Assembly: GCA_017409005.1 (NCBI GenBank)
Contig: JAFQTP010000002.1
Coordinates: 162,943-226,942 of the forward strand
Origin: Clostridia bacterium
Lineage (GTDB): Bacteria; Bacillota; Clostridia; Christensenellales; UBA1242
DNA length: 64,000 nt
Direction: 5' to 3'
Part shown: positions 56,091 through 64,000 of the stretch, piece after piece
Layout: every line of letters starts with the position of its first letter
Position numbering within the stretch: the first letter of the stretch is position 1
Notes under the pieces: model-generated
Told to the model about the DNA's origin: nothing
Seen by the model: the letters and a program-made list of their open reading frames with translations, nothing else
Databases searched by the model: none
Program-made: the position numbers and the translations under genes

Positions 56091-57263
56091 ATGGCAAAAT
56101 CTACTCAGAAAAAATTTAGTGTTGGTTTAACAATATTTTTAAGTTTGGTGTTTTTAATTGTTGGTGCTTTTGGCGGACTGGTTGCAAGTTTTTTATATGA
56201 TAAACATAAAAACCCAATTTTTAAAAGTGATGTTGTTTACGGCGACGGAATTAGTTTTCACTTTTTAGAACTTGGAAACAACAACACTGGCGATAGCATT
56301 TTTATTCAAACTTCAACCACCGATATTTTAGTTGATGCTGGTTCACGAACAAACAGCGCCGACACCATTGAAACTTATGTTAAAGATAAAATGCAAGATG
56401 ATGTTTTAGAATATGTTATTGCTACTCATGCCGACCAAGACCACATTGCTGCTTTGGCTGGTAGCAACGAACACCCAAGTTTGTTTACAAGGTTTCAAGT
56501 GCAAAACATTATCGATTTTCCTAAAACGAACAAAAGTTTAACAACCGATGCTGGTAACGATACTGTTTATGGTAAGTATGTTAAAAACCGCGATGCCGAG
56601 GTTGCAGCTGGTGCAACACACTATTCGGCACTTGAACTTTGGAACGACCAAACCAAACGTAGCATCGAAATTGGTAACAACATTACATTAAATATTTTAT
56701 ATAATTATTTCTACGAACATAATAGTTCCGACGAAAACAACTATTCGGTTTGTTTTCAAATTGAAGATGGTAATAATAAATTTTTGTTTACTGGCGATTT
56801 AGAGGAAGAGGGCGAAGAATATTTAGTTCAAAACAACACTTTAAGTAAAGTTAAATTGTTTAAAGCCGGACACCATGGCTCGCCAACATCTTCAAACGAT
56901 TGCTTGTTAGATGTTATTCAACCAGAAATTTGCGTGGCTTGCTGTTGTGCTGGTTCGGTTGAATATACCGATAATTTAGAAAACACATTTCCATCGCAAG
57001 CATTTATTAATCGAATTTCTAAATGGACAACAAAAGTTTATGTTCCAACAGTTGGCACAATTGTTGCAGACGGAACAAAAAGTGATGGCAGCACCGATTA
57101 TAAAGATTCTGGCTTTACAAGTTTAAATGGCAACATTGTTGTAACAAGCAGCCGTGGCGAAATAACAGTTGAATGTTCAAACAATAACACTGTTTTAAGG
57201 GATACCGATTGGTTTAAAGAAAACCGAACCACCCCAACCGCTTGGGCAACTGCCACAGCATAA
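56091..57263 (+). CDS. membrane-anchored metallo-beta-lactamase fold hydrolase (ComEC C-terminal-domain-like)
   Basis: TM anchor. HADQDH metal motif, GD at FTGDLEEEGE, and KAGHHGS. Confidence 0.8.
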   Translation: MAKSTQKKFSVGLTIFLSLVFLIVGAFGGLVASFLYDKHKNPIFKSDVVYGDGISFHFLELGNNNTGDSIFIQTSTTDILVDAGSRTNSADTIETYVKDKMQDDVLEYVIATHADQDHIAALAGSNEHPSLFTRFQVQNIIDFPKTNKSLTTDAGNDTVYGKYVKNRDAEVAAGATHYSALELWNDQTKRSIEIGNNITLNILYNYFYEHNSSDENNYSVCFQIEDGNNKFLFTGDLEEEGEEYLVQNNTLSKVKLFKAGHHGSPTSSNDCLLDVIQPEICVACCCAGSVEYTDNLENTFPSQAFINRISKWTTKVYVPTVGTIVADGTKSDGSTDYKDSGFTSLNGNIVVTSSRGEITVECSNNNTVLRDTDWFKENRTTPTAWATATA

Positions 57264-57267
57264 ATAA

Positions 57268-57300
57268 AAAAAGACACTTAAAATTAAGTGTCTTTTATTT
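57268..57300. terminator. bidirectional terminator
   Basis: AGACACTTAA / TTAAGTGTCT stem with flanking A and T runs. Confidence 0.8.
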
Positions 57301-57305
57301 TTTTA

Positions 57306-58715
57306 CTAACCAAGCAATTCTTTTAACATTTCGTTAACTTTTTGTGGGTTTGCTTTTCCTTTGCTTGCTTTCATAACTTGTCCAACCAAGAACCCAATAG
57401 CCGAAGTTTTTCCGCCTTTATAATCGGCAACGCTTTGTGGGTTTGCAGTAATTGCAGATTCAACCATGGTTTTAAGTTCGTCGTCGTTGTTCATTTGTTT
57501 AAGCCCTAGTTTTTCAACTAAACTTTCGGCACTTTCGCCAGTGTTCCACATTGCTTCAAACACTTGTTTTCCGGCTGTTGTGCTAATTTCTTTTTTATCA
57601 ACAAGCACAAGAAGTTTACTTAAATCGTTTGCGCTAATTTTGTTTTCGCCATCTTCTTTAAGTTTACGTAAAGTTTCGTTAATAATAAAGTTTGCAACTA
57701 GTTTTGGTTGATTAATTTGTGTCAAAACCTCGGTAAAATAGTCGGAAATTTGTTTTGTTTCGGTAAGTAAACTTGCGTCGTAATTACTTAGCCCCATTTC
57801 CATATATTCAGCCTTTAACACGTTTGGTAGTTTTGGTAAACTATTTTTTAAATCTAAAACTTGTTGTGGACTAATGTAAACTGGAAGTAGGTCTGGGTCG
57901 GGGAAATATCGATAGTCTTGGCTATCTTCTTTGCTGCGCATGCTGCGGCTTTCGCCAATGCTATCGTCCCAACGCAAAGTTTCCTGAACAATTTTATGTC
58001 CGTCTTCAATTTCTTCAATTTGACGTTTTTGTTCGTAATTAATTGCTCTGTAAACAGCTTTAAAACTATTTAAGTTTTTCATTTCGGTTCTGGTTCCAAG
58101 TTGGTCGGAACCTGCTGGTTTAACCGATAAGTTAACGTCGCACCTTAGGCTTCCTTCTTCCATTTTAACATCAGAAATTCCGGTGTAGGCAATGGTGCTT
58201 TTTAATGCTTCTAAAAAGGCAACTGCCTCGTCGGCCGAACTAATGTCTGGCTCGGTAACAATTTCAATAAGTGGAACGCCACCGCGGTTATAGTCTACCA
58301 CGGTTCCGCCAATTCCATCGTGAATAAGTTTTCCGGCGTCTTCCTCTAGGTGTATACGATTTAGTCTAATTTGTTTTGTTTTTCCGTTAACATTAATTTC
58401 AACAATTCCGTTAACACAAAGTGGTTTTTCAAGTTGGCTAATTTGATATGCCTTGCTTAAATCTGGGTAAAAATAGTTTTTGCGTTCAAACACTGTTTCG
58501 TTGTTAATTGTGCAACCAAATGCAAGGCCTGCTTTAATTGCATATTCAACAGCAGTTTTGTTTAAAACCGGAAGTGCTCCAGGAAGTCCTAAACAAACAG
58601 GGCAAGTGTTTGAGTTTGGTTGGTCGCCAAAGTTGTTGCGGCAACCACAAAAACATTTTGTTTGTGTTTTTAGTTCGCAATGAACTTCTAAACCAATAAC
58701 TGTATCGTAATTCAT
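57306..58715 (-). CDS. gatB: Asp/Glu-tRNA amidotransferase subunit B
   Basis: Canonical N-terminus YDTVIGLEVHCELKTQTKCFCGC and a C-terminal YqeY-like tail. Confidence 0.95.
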   Translation of the reverse strand: MNYDTVIGLEVHCELKTQTKCFCGCRNNFGDQPNSNTCPVCLGLPGALPVLNKTAVEYAIKAGLAFGCTINNETVFERKNYFYPDLSKAYQISQLEKPLCVNGIVEINVNGKTKQIRLNRIHLEEDAGKLIHDGIGGTVVDYNRGGVPLIEIVTEPDISSADEAVAFLEALKSTIAYTGISDVKMEEGSLRCDVNLSVKPAGSDQLGTRTEMKNLNSFKAVYRAINYEQKRQIEEIEDGHKIVQETLRWDDSIGESRSMRSKEDSQDYRYFPDPDLLPVYISPQQVLDLKNSLPKLPNVLKAEYMEMGLSNYDASLLTETKQISDYFTEVLTQINQPKLVANFIINETLRKLKEDGENKISANDLSKLLVLVDKKEISTTAGKQVFEAMWNTGESAESLVEKLGLKQMNNDDELKTMVESAITANPQSVADYKGGKTSAIGFLVGQVMKASKGKANPQKVNEMLKELLG

Positions 58716-60154
58716 TATTTTGCCTCCTTTTGTGTTTCAAAAACATCGGCAACATTAAATAAAGTTGTTTCACTAAATTTGCTTCCAATTAGTTGCATTC
58801 CAATAGGTAAGCCATTTTTGCTAACTCCGCATGGCACACTAATTGCTGGCAGTTCGGCAATGTTAACCGGAACTGTGTAAATATCTGATAGATACATGCT
58901 TAGTGGGTCGCCAACCTTTTCGCCAATTTTAAATGCTGGGGTTGGTGCAGTTGGCATTAAAATAACATCACAAAGTTTAAATACTTCGGCAAATTGTTTA
59001 ACAAGTTTTTTCTGAACCTTTTTTGCTTTTTTGTAGTAAGCATCGTAATATCCGCTAGATAGCACATAGTTTCCAAGCATAATGCGTCGTTTAACCTCTT
59101 TGCCAAAACCCTTTGAGCGGTTTTGTAGATATAGGTCGTTTAGGTTTTTAGGGTTTTCAATGCTAAAACCATATTTAACACCATCAAAACGTGATAGGTT
59201 GCTTGCGGCTTCTGCCGAACTTAAAATATAGTAGCAAGCCAAAATATCGTTAAACACAGGTATGCTAAGTTCAATAATTTCGGCACCTTGGCTTTCATAA
59301 AATGATTTAGCGTCCATAATTTTCTGTTTAACTTCTTCGTCTAGTCCATCGCCAAAACATTCCTTAATTAAGGCAATTTTTATGCCTTTAACCGAGCCTG
59401 TAAACGATTGCATATAGTCAATTTTATCACGTTTAACGCTTGTTTCTTCCATTTCGTCGTGGCAACTTAAAACGTTTAGCATAAGTGCCGAGTCTTTAAC
59501 GGTTTTAGTAACTGGACCTGCTTGGTCAAGCGAACTAGCAAATGCAACAATGCCATAACGCGAAACTAAACCATAGGTTGGTTTAAGCCCAACAACTCCA
59601 CACATTGCACTTGGTTGTCTTACCGAACCACCTGTATCAGTTCCAACACTGGCATAGCCAATGTTTGCTGCAACTGCTGCAGCCGAACCACCACTGCTTC
59701 CGCCCGGAATATATTGCGGGTTGCGTGGGTTTAGGGTTGGACCAAATGCCGAGTTCTCGGTGGTTGAACCCATAGCAAACTCGTCCATGTTGTTTTTACC
59801 AATAATAATAGCATAGCTGCTTTTTAGGTTTTTAACAATTGTTGCATCGTATGGCGAAACGTATGTGCTTAAAAATTTGCTTGAGCAAGTTGTTTTTTTG
59901 CCAGTTAGGTTAATGTTGTCTTTAATTGTAATAGGAACACCAGCAAGCAAAGGAAGTTCTTTTCCTGATTTAAACATTTCGTCAACAAGTGCGGCTTGTT
60001 TTAGTGCGTCCTCTTCAAACACTTGTGTTAAAGCGTTAAAACTTTCTTTTTCTTTAGCCATTTGCAAAGCTTGTTTTGTTAGTTCTAGGCTAGTAACCTT
60101 TCCTTCACGTAAAAGTTTAGCCACTTCTAAAATGCTAAGTTGTGTATAATCCAT
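58715..60154 (-). CDS. gatA: Asp/Glu-tRNA amidotransferase subunit A
   Basis: Amidase signature GGSSGGSAAAVA. One-nt overlap with gatB. Confidence 0.95.
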   Translation of the reverse strand: MDYTQLSILEVAKLLREGKVTSLELTKQALQMAKEKESFNALTQVFEEDALKQAALVDEMFKSGKELPLLAGVPITIKDNINLTGKKTTCSSKFLSTYVSPYDATIVKNLKSSYAIIIGKNNMDEFAMGSTTENSAFGPTLNPRNPQYIPGGSSGGSAAAVAANIGYASVGTDTGGSVRQPSAMCGVVGLKPTYGLVSRYGIVAFASSLDQAGPVTKTVKDSALMLNVLSCHDEMEETSVKRDKIDYMQSFTGSVKGIKIALIKECFGDGLDEEVKQKIMDAKSFYESQGAEIIELSIPVFNDILACYYILSSAEAASNLSRFDGVKYGFSIENPKNLNDLYLQNRSKGFGKEVKRRIMLGNYVLSSGYYDAYYKKAKKVQKKLVKQFAEVFKLCDVILMPTAPTPAFKIGEKVGDPLSMYLSDIYTVPVNIAELPAISVPCGVSKNGLPIGMQLIGSKFSETTLFNVADVFETQKEAK

Positions 60155-60165
60155 TTTAAATCCTC

Positions 60166-60447
60166 CTATTCAACCACTTGTGGCACACTAAAGCCACCAC
60201 TACGTTTTTTAGGAGCGTTTTTAATTGCGTCCTCTTGGCTTAAACTTGGTTTAACTTGGTCGGCACGCAAATCGTTTAAAGGCAAAACACTTAATTCGTC
60301 GTTAACGTCCGATGTATCAACGTTTTGCAAAGTGTTAACATATTCAACAATGGTGCTCATTTCGGTTGTAAATTTTTCAATTTCTTCGTCCGAAAATTCT
60401 AGTTTCGAAAGTTTTGCAATGTGCAAAACATCTTTTTTACTAATCAT
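60166..60447 (-). CDS. gatC: Asp/Glu-tRNA amidotransferase subunit C
   Basis: 93 aa with IAKLSKLEFSDEEIEKF. Position upstream of gatA. Confidence 0.9.
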   Translation of the reverse strand: MISKKDVLHIAKLSKLEFSDEEIEKFTTEMSTIVEYVNTLQNVDTSDVNDELSVLPLNDLRADQVKPSLSQEDAIKNAPKKRSGGFSVPQVVE

Positions 60448-60735
60448 ACTTTACTCCTTGTAAAAGTTTTACTTTAAAGTATTAACAATTTAAAATATAC
60501 CACATTAAGGTTTTTATTGTCTATTTTAAAGCCGTTAAAGATAAAAAAATAACGCTTAAACATTGGGTTTTCTTAGTTTAAGCGTTATTGTTTGTTTTTG
60601 GCTATAAAAAAGTAAACCCATTAAATATGTGTTAAAGCGTTATTATTGTTATTATTATTATTGTTAACAATAAATAGCATTGGTTTACCCCTTAAATTGT
60701 TAATTCTTGTAACAACCTAATAATAGCACTAAAAA

Positions 60736-60771
60736 AACAAAAAAGCAACCCTTAACTTAATTTGGTTGCTT
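60736..60771 (-). terminator. terminator after the metal transporter gene
   Basis: Minus strand AGCAACC ... GGTTGCT plus T-run. Confidence 0.65.
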
Positions 60772-60777
60772 ATTTGT

Positions 60778-61707
60778 TTAAATAATTAAAGTTTCAATTA
60801 AAGTAATAATGTATCCAAGTGCTACCGAACTTAAATATAAAATTGCTAGCACGCTTAAATTTTGTTTAATGTTTTTATTTTGTTTAAATAAAACTGCAAG
60901 CCCAATGCCAGCATTAACACAAAGTCCTGCAACAGCCGAACCAAATGTTATGCCATCAATAATTAAAAGTTGAGTAATTAAAACCGAGCTTGCACAATTA
61001 GGAATTAATCCAACCAAAGGCACAATTAGTGGTTGCAAATAAGTTACACTTTGCATAAAGTTAACAATGGCTTCTTCGCCCAAGTAATGAATTAAAACTT
61101 CTAAAACAGCATTAACAATAAAAATGTAGACAAAAATTTTTAAACTATGAATTAGTGGGTGAACAAAAAACTTTTTTAAAGTGTTGCGTTTGCCTTCAAC
61201 GTTGTGTCCGCAACAACCGCTAATTTCGTCTTCGTGAGTGTCTTCGTGTTCGTGCTCATGTTCGTGTTCGTGTTCGGCAGGTGGAACAATTTCAACCACG
61301 GTTTTTTTCTTGTAAATAAGGTTTGCTACAAAATCTACGCCATAACCAACAATTAAAGCATAAACAAACTTAATTGCAAGCATCGGAAAAATTAAATATG
61401 CTTTTTCTGGGTTAGATAAAATAATTGGCAAAGCCTCGTCGCTTGTTGCAATAAAAATGGCAAGCATGGTTCCCATTTTAATGTAGCGTTTAGAATATAA
61501 GTCGCTAGCAACAACCGAAAATCCGCATTGCGGAATAAGACCAAGCCCGGCTCCAACCACCGTTGCATATTTTCCGTTTGTATATTTAACAAAATGTTTA
61601 GAAGTGCTTACTTTTTCTTCTACCACCTCAATAATAATGTATAACAAAATTAAAAAGGGGAAAACTTTTAACGAATCAAGTAAAGCATGTAATAATGCGT
61701 GTCCCAT
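60778..61707 (-). CDS. ArsP_2-family putative metal (Mn) transporter with His/Glu-rich loop
   Basis: N-terminus MGHALLHALLDSLKVFPFLILLYIIIE is typical of the family (from memory). Central HEHEHEHEHEDTHED loop. About 8-10 TM segments. Confidence 0.6.
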   Translation of the reverse strand: MGHALLHALLDSLKVFPFLILLYIIIEVVEEKVSTSKHFVKYTNGKYATVVGAGLGLIPQCGFSVVASDLYSKRYIKMGTMLAIFIATSDEALPIILSNPEKAYLIFPMLAIKFVYALIVGYGVDFVANLIYKKKTVVEIVPPAEHEHEHEHEHEDTHEDEISGCCGHNVEGKRNTLKKFFVHPLIHSLKIFVYIFIVNAVLEVLIHYLGEEAIVNFMQSVTYLQPLIVPLVGLIPNCASSVLITQLLIIDGITFGSAVAGLCVNAGIGLAVLFKQNKNIKQNLSVLAILYLSSVALGYIITLIETLII

Positions 61708-61883
61708 AACAGCAAATATTATAATCCTTTTTTTATTTTAGTGCAAATATAGAAGCATTAAATTTAAACTGCTTTGTCGAATTTATCACATAAACTTAAT
61801 TTTGTAAATACATATTTTGCAAGTATTGAATAAATGAAGCAAAATATAGCAAAACTATAACTAACAAATTAATTGGAGGGGAA

Positions 61884-62312
61884 ATGGACGCAAGTAACAA
61901 AAAAATATTATTAAACATTGCTTATTGGAGCATGGCGGTTTTAACAATTGTGCTAGGAATTTTGTTTTTAATTGCAATGCCAATTAGACAGGTTGCCATG
62001 TACCAGCGTGTGGTTTACTACATTTGGACAATTTTATTAATTTTAACAATGTTGTGTGATATTGTTGCTACAAAAATGCAAAATTATAAATACATTGTTG
62101 CACTTGTTATTGGAGCACTAGCATTTTTATGTTTGCTTGTTGGAATTATTGTTTATGCTGGCATGAACATCGATTTAATGATTCCGTACTATGCTTTGGG
62201 TAGGTTTTTAACCGTTATTGGCTTTAGTGTAGTGTTAACAATTATGGCAATTGTAACTTCGGTTATTGGCGAAAGCATTATTGAACTAAGTGTTGCACGT
62301 AAAGGAAAATAA
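61884..62312 (+). CDS. hypothetical four-TM membrane protein
   Basis: GGAGGGG RBS. 142 aa, almost entirely hydrophobic. Confidence 0.65.
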   Translation: MDASNKKILLNIAYWSMAVLTIVLGILFLIAMPIRQVAMYQRVVYYIWTILLILTMLCDIVATKMQNYKYIVALVIGALAFLCLLVGIIVYAGMNIDLMIPYYALGRFLTVIGFSVVLTIMAIVTSVIGESIIELSVARKGK

Positions 62313-62342
62313 AAAACTTTATAAAAATTTAATAATTTAAGG

Positions 62343-62371
62343 CAAACCAATTAAACTTGGTTTGTTTTTTT
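62343..62371 (+). terminator. rho-independent terminator
   Basis: CAAACCAA / TTGGTTTG stem plus T7. Confidence 0.8.
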
Positions 62372-62379
62372 GTTATAAT
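62371..62379 (+). promoter_or_regulatory. extended -10 (TGTTATAAT) immediately upstream of queH
   Basis: The ATG at 62388 begins 9 nt after the -10 and no SD is present. This implies a leaderless or near-leaderless mRNA. Confidence 0.45.
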
Positions 62380-62387
62380 GCTTGTGT

Positions 62388-63035
62388 ATGATTAACTATA
62401 ACCAACAAATGGAAAATTTAATAAATAATTTAAGTGGAACTCCAACGCTTTTGCTTCATAGCTGTTGCGGGCCGTGCTCAACTGCAGTTATAACTAGGTT
62501 AAAAAACCATTTTGATATAACTGTGTTTTACTATAACCCATGTTTATACCCAAATTCAGAATATGAAAAACGTTTAAACGAACAAATTAAATTTATAAAC
62601 AAACTAAACGAGGAAGAGGGCAGAAACATTAAAATTGTGGTTCCGCCGTTTAATCCTCAAAGTTTTTACGACGCTGTTAAACAAGTAGAAAATTTTGATA
62701 AACTTAAAGAAGGTGGGCAAAGGTGTTACGCATGCTACTTACAGCGGTTAACTGCCACTGCAAAATACGCCAAACAAAATGGTTTTAACTATTTTTGCAC
62801 AACTTTAAGTGTTAGCCCATATAAACATTCTAGTTGGTTAAACGAAATTGGGCTTAAACTGCAAACCGAACTAAACACTAATTTTTTGGTGGCGGATTTT
62901 AAGAAAAAAGATGGCTATAAACTAAGCCAAACTTTAAGTAGGCAATACGATTTATATAGGCAAAACTATTGCGGTTGCGCCTATTCTTATGCCGACATGC
63001 AAAATTATTTAAAAAATTTAGAAAATAAAAGTTAA
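62388..63035 (+). CDS. queH: epoxyqueuosine reductase QueH
   Basis: LLLHSCCGPCS plus downstream Cys motifs (CYACY, YCGC), characteristic of DUF208/QueH. ATG at 62388. Confidence 0.85.
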   Translation: MINYNQQMENLINNLSGTPTLLLHSCCGPCSTAVITRLKNHFDITVFYYNPCLYPNSEYEKRLNEQIKFINKLNEEEGRNIKIVVPPFNPQSFYDAVKQVENFDKLKEGGQRCYACYLQRLTATAKYAKQNGFNYFCTTLSVSPYKHSSWLNEIGLKLQTELNTNFLVADFKKKDGYKLSQTLSRQYDLYRQNYCGCAYSYADMQNYLKNLENKS

Positions 63036-63041
63036 GGTTTT

Positions 63042-64000
63042 ATGAAAAATTTAGAATGTAAATATTTTAATATTTGTGGTGGTTGCAAACTGCTTAATGT
63101 AGACTACGAAAAGCAATTAAAACAAAAACAACAACAAGTTGAAGATGCGTTGGCTGAATTTAACATAACTGCCAAAGTGGATAAAACGGTTGGAATGTTT
63201 TATCCTTATAAATATCGTAACAAGGTGCACTTGGCAATTAGAGATGTTAAAGGTAAAGCACAAGTTGGTTTTTTTGAAGAAAACAGCAACAAAATTGTTG
63301 ATGTAGATAGTTGCTTGCTTCACGATGTTTGGGTTAAAAAACTTATTAACATAGTGCGTGATTACATTACAAAATTTAAAGTTAGCCCATATAACAAACG
63401 TAAAAACGAGGGCACGCTAAAATATGTGGTTGCAAGGTGCTTATCCGACGAAATTATGGTTACAATGGTTGTTACAAACCATGCTTTTGCTGGGCGCGAA
63501 TGGTTTTATGAAGAACTAACCAAAAACTATAAAAATGTTAGTTTTTATGTTAATGTTAACACTCGCACCGATAATGCTGTGTTCGACGAAAAGGGTTTTT
63601 CGCATAAAGGTGGGTTTAAAAAACTTCGTGGCGAAATGCTTGGTGTAAAATTTGAACTTTCGCCAAATTCATTTTTTCAAATTAACACGCAAATAACCGA
63701 AAAAATTTATAAACGCATTTTCGAAAGTTTAAACTTAAACGACCGTTCGGTTGTTCTAGACCTTTATTCTGGCATAGGAATTACAAGTTTAATTTTTGCA
63801 AAAAATGGGGCAAAAGTTGTTTCAATTGAAAGTGTTCCAGAGGCAGTTAACGATGCTAAAAATTTAATCAAATTAAACAAATGTGAAAATAAAATTACAC
63901 CTTTGCTTGGAAAATGCGAAAACTTAATTAACCGCATTAACTATAAAAAACTTTATAAAGAAAATGGTGTTGTTTCGGTTTTTCTAGACCCTCCACGAAT
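63042..64000 (+). CDS. RumA/TrmA-family RNA (uracil-5)-methyltransferase, 3' end beyond window
   Basis: My translation reads MKNLECKYFNICGGCKLLNVDYEKQLKQKQ... (Fe-S Cys cluster). SAM motif VLDLYSGIG. Open to the window end. Confidence 0.85.
   Translation, partial: MKNLECKYFNICGGCKLLNVDYEKQLKQKQQQVEDALAEFNITAKVDKTVGMFYPYKYRNKVHLAIRDVKGKAQVGFFEENSNKIVDVDSCLLHDVWVKKLINIVRDYITKFKVSPYNKRKNEGTLKYVVARCLSDEIMVTMVVTNHAFAGREWFYEELTKNYKNVSFYVNVNTRTDNAVFDEKGFSHKGGFKKLRGEMLGVKFELSPNSFFQINTQITEKIYKRIFESLNLNDRSVVLDLYSGIGITSLIFAKNGAKVVSIESVPEAVNDAKNLIKLNKCENKITPLLGKCENLINRINYKKLYKENGVVSVFLDPPR

Noticed and set aside
61228-61276. GTG/TTC-rich nucleotide microrepeat.
   Set aside because: It is the in-frame coding sequence for the HEHEHEHEHEDTHED loop of the transporter, a plausible metal-binding segment, and not a noncoding repeat.

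Overview
This is an AT-rich chromosomal segment read with the standard genetic code: long ORFs have no in-frame TGA problem, RBSs are strong GGAGG-type, and many rho-independent terminators are present. By inference it comes from a low-GC Gram-positive or Mollicutes-related (Bacillota-like) organism. I call about 61 protein genes, 3 tRNAs (Arg-UCG, Arg-ACG, Gln-CUG) and one tRNA fragment.

Housekeeping blocks: aspS-asnS, gatCAB, signal peptidase I, cardiolipin synthase, a SufC/SufBD-like pair, ribokinase plus nucleoside hydrolase, queH, a RumA-type RNA methyltransferase, coaE-like, three NUDIX and two HD hydrolases, three FAD oxidoreductases.

Accessory or envelope content: two surface proteins with Listeria-Bacteroides (InlB B-type) repeats, one also carrying BspA-type LRRs; a tandemly duplicated ABC-2 transporter module; a fused MacB-like ABC transporter; a processive GT2 synthase; a 1163-aa membrane-anchored protein.

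Main observations from reading the DNA:
1. An 11-bp-phased direct-repeat box (TTTACAAAACT) lies at the same distance from the -10 of three promoters. It links the OmpR-type two-component system (intramembrane-sensing kinase) to the tandem ABC operon, to its own operon (which ends in cardiolipin synthase) and to a satellite membrane-protein gene. This is a sequence-predicted envelope-stress regulon.
2. Both tRNA-Arg loci carry unusual small duplications containing tRNA fragments. One is a 289-bp GC-rich tandem repeat, each copy ending in the tRNA 3' 16-mer plus a terminator. The other is a 100-bp duplication of promoter plus tRNA 5' half, with a 16-bp inverted copy of the tRNA interior.
3. Downstream of tRNA-Arg(ACG) lies an ORF-poor accessory stretch with a promoter-to-terminator sRNA candidate, a GC-rich pseudoknot-capable element, and an XRE / small-protein divergent switch with three operator boxes. 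No integrase is present.

No CRISPR array, transposase, integrase, reverse transcriptase or rRNA was seen. All functional calls come from motif recognition by eye; no database search was run.
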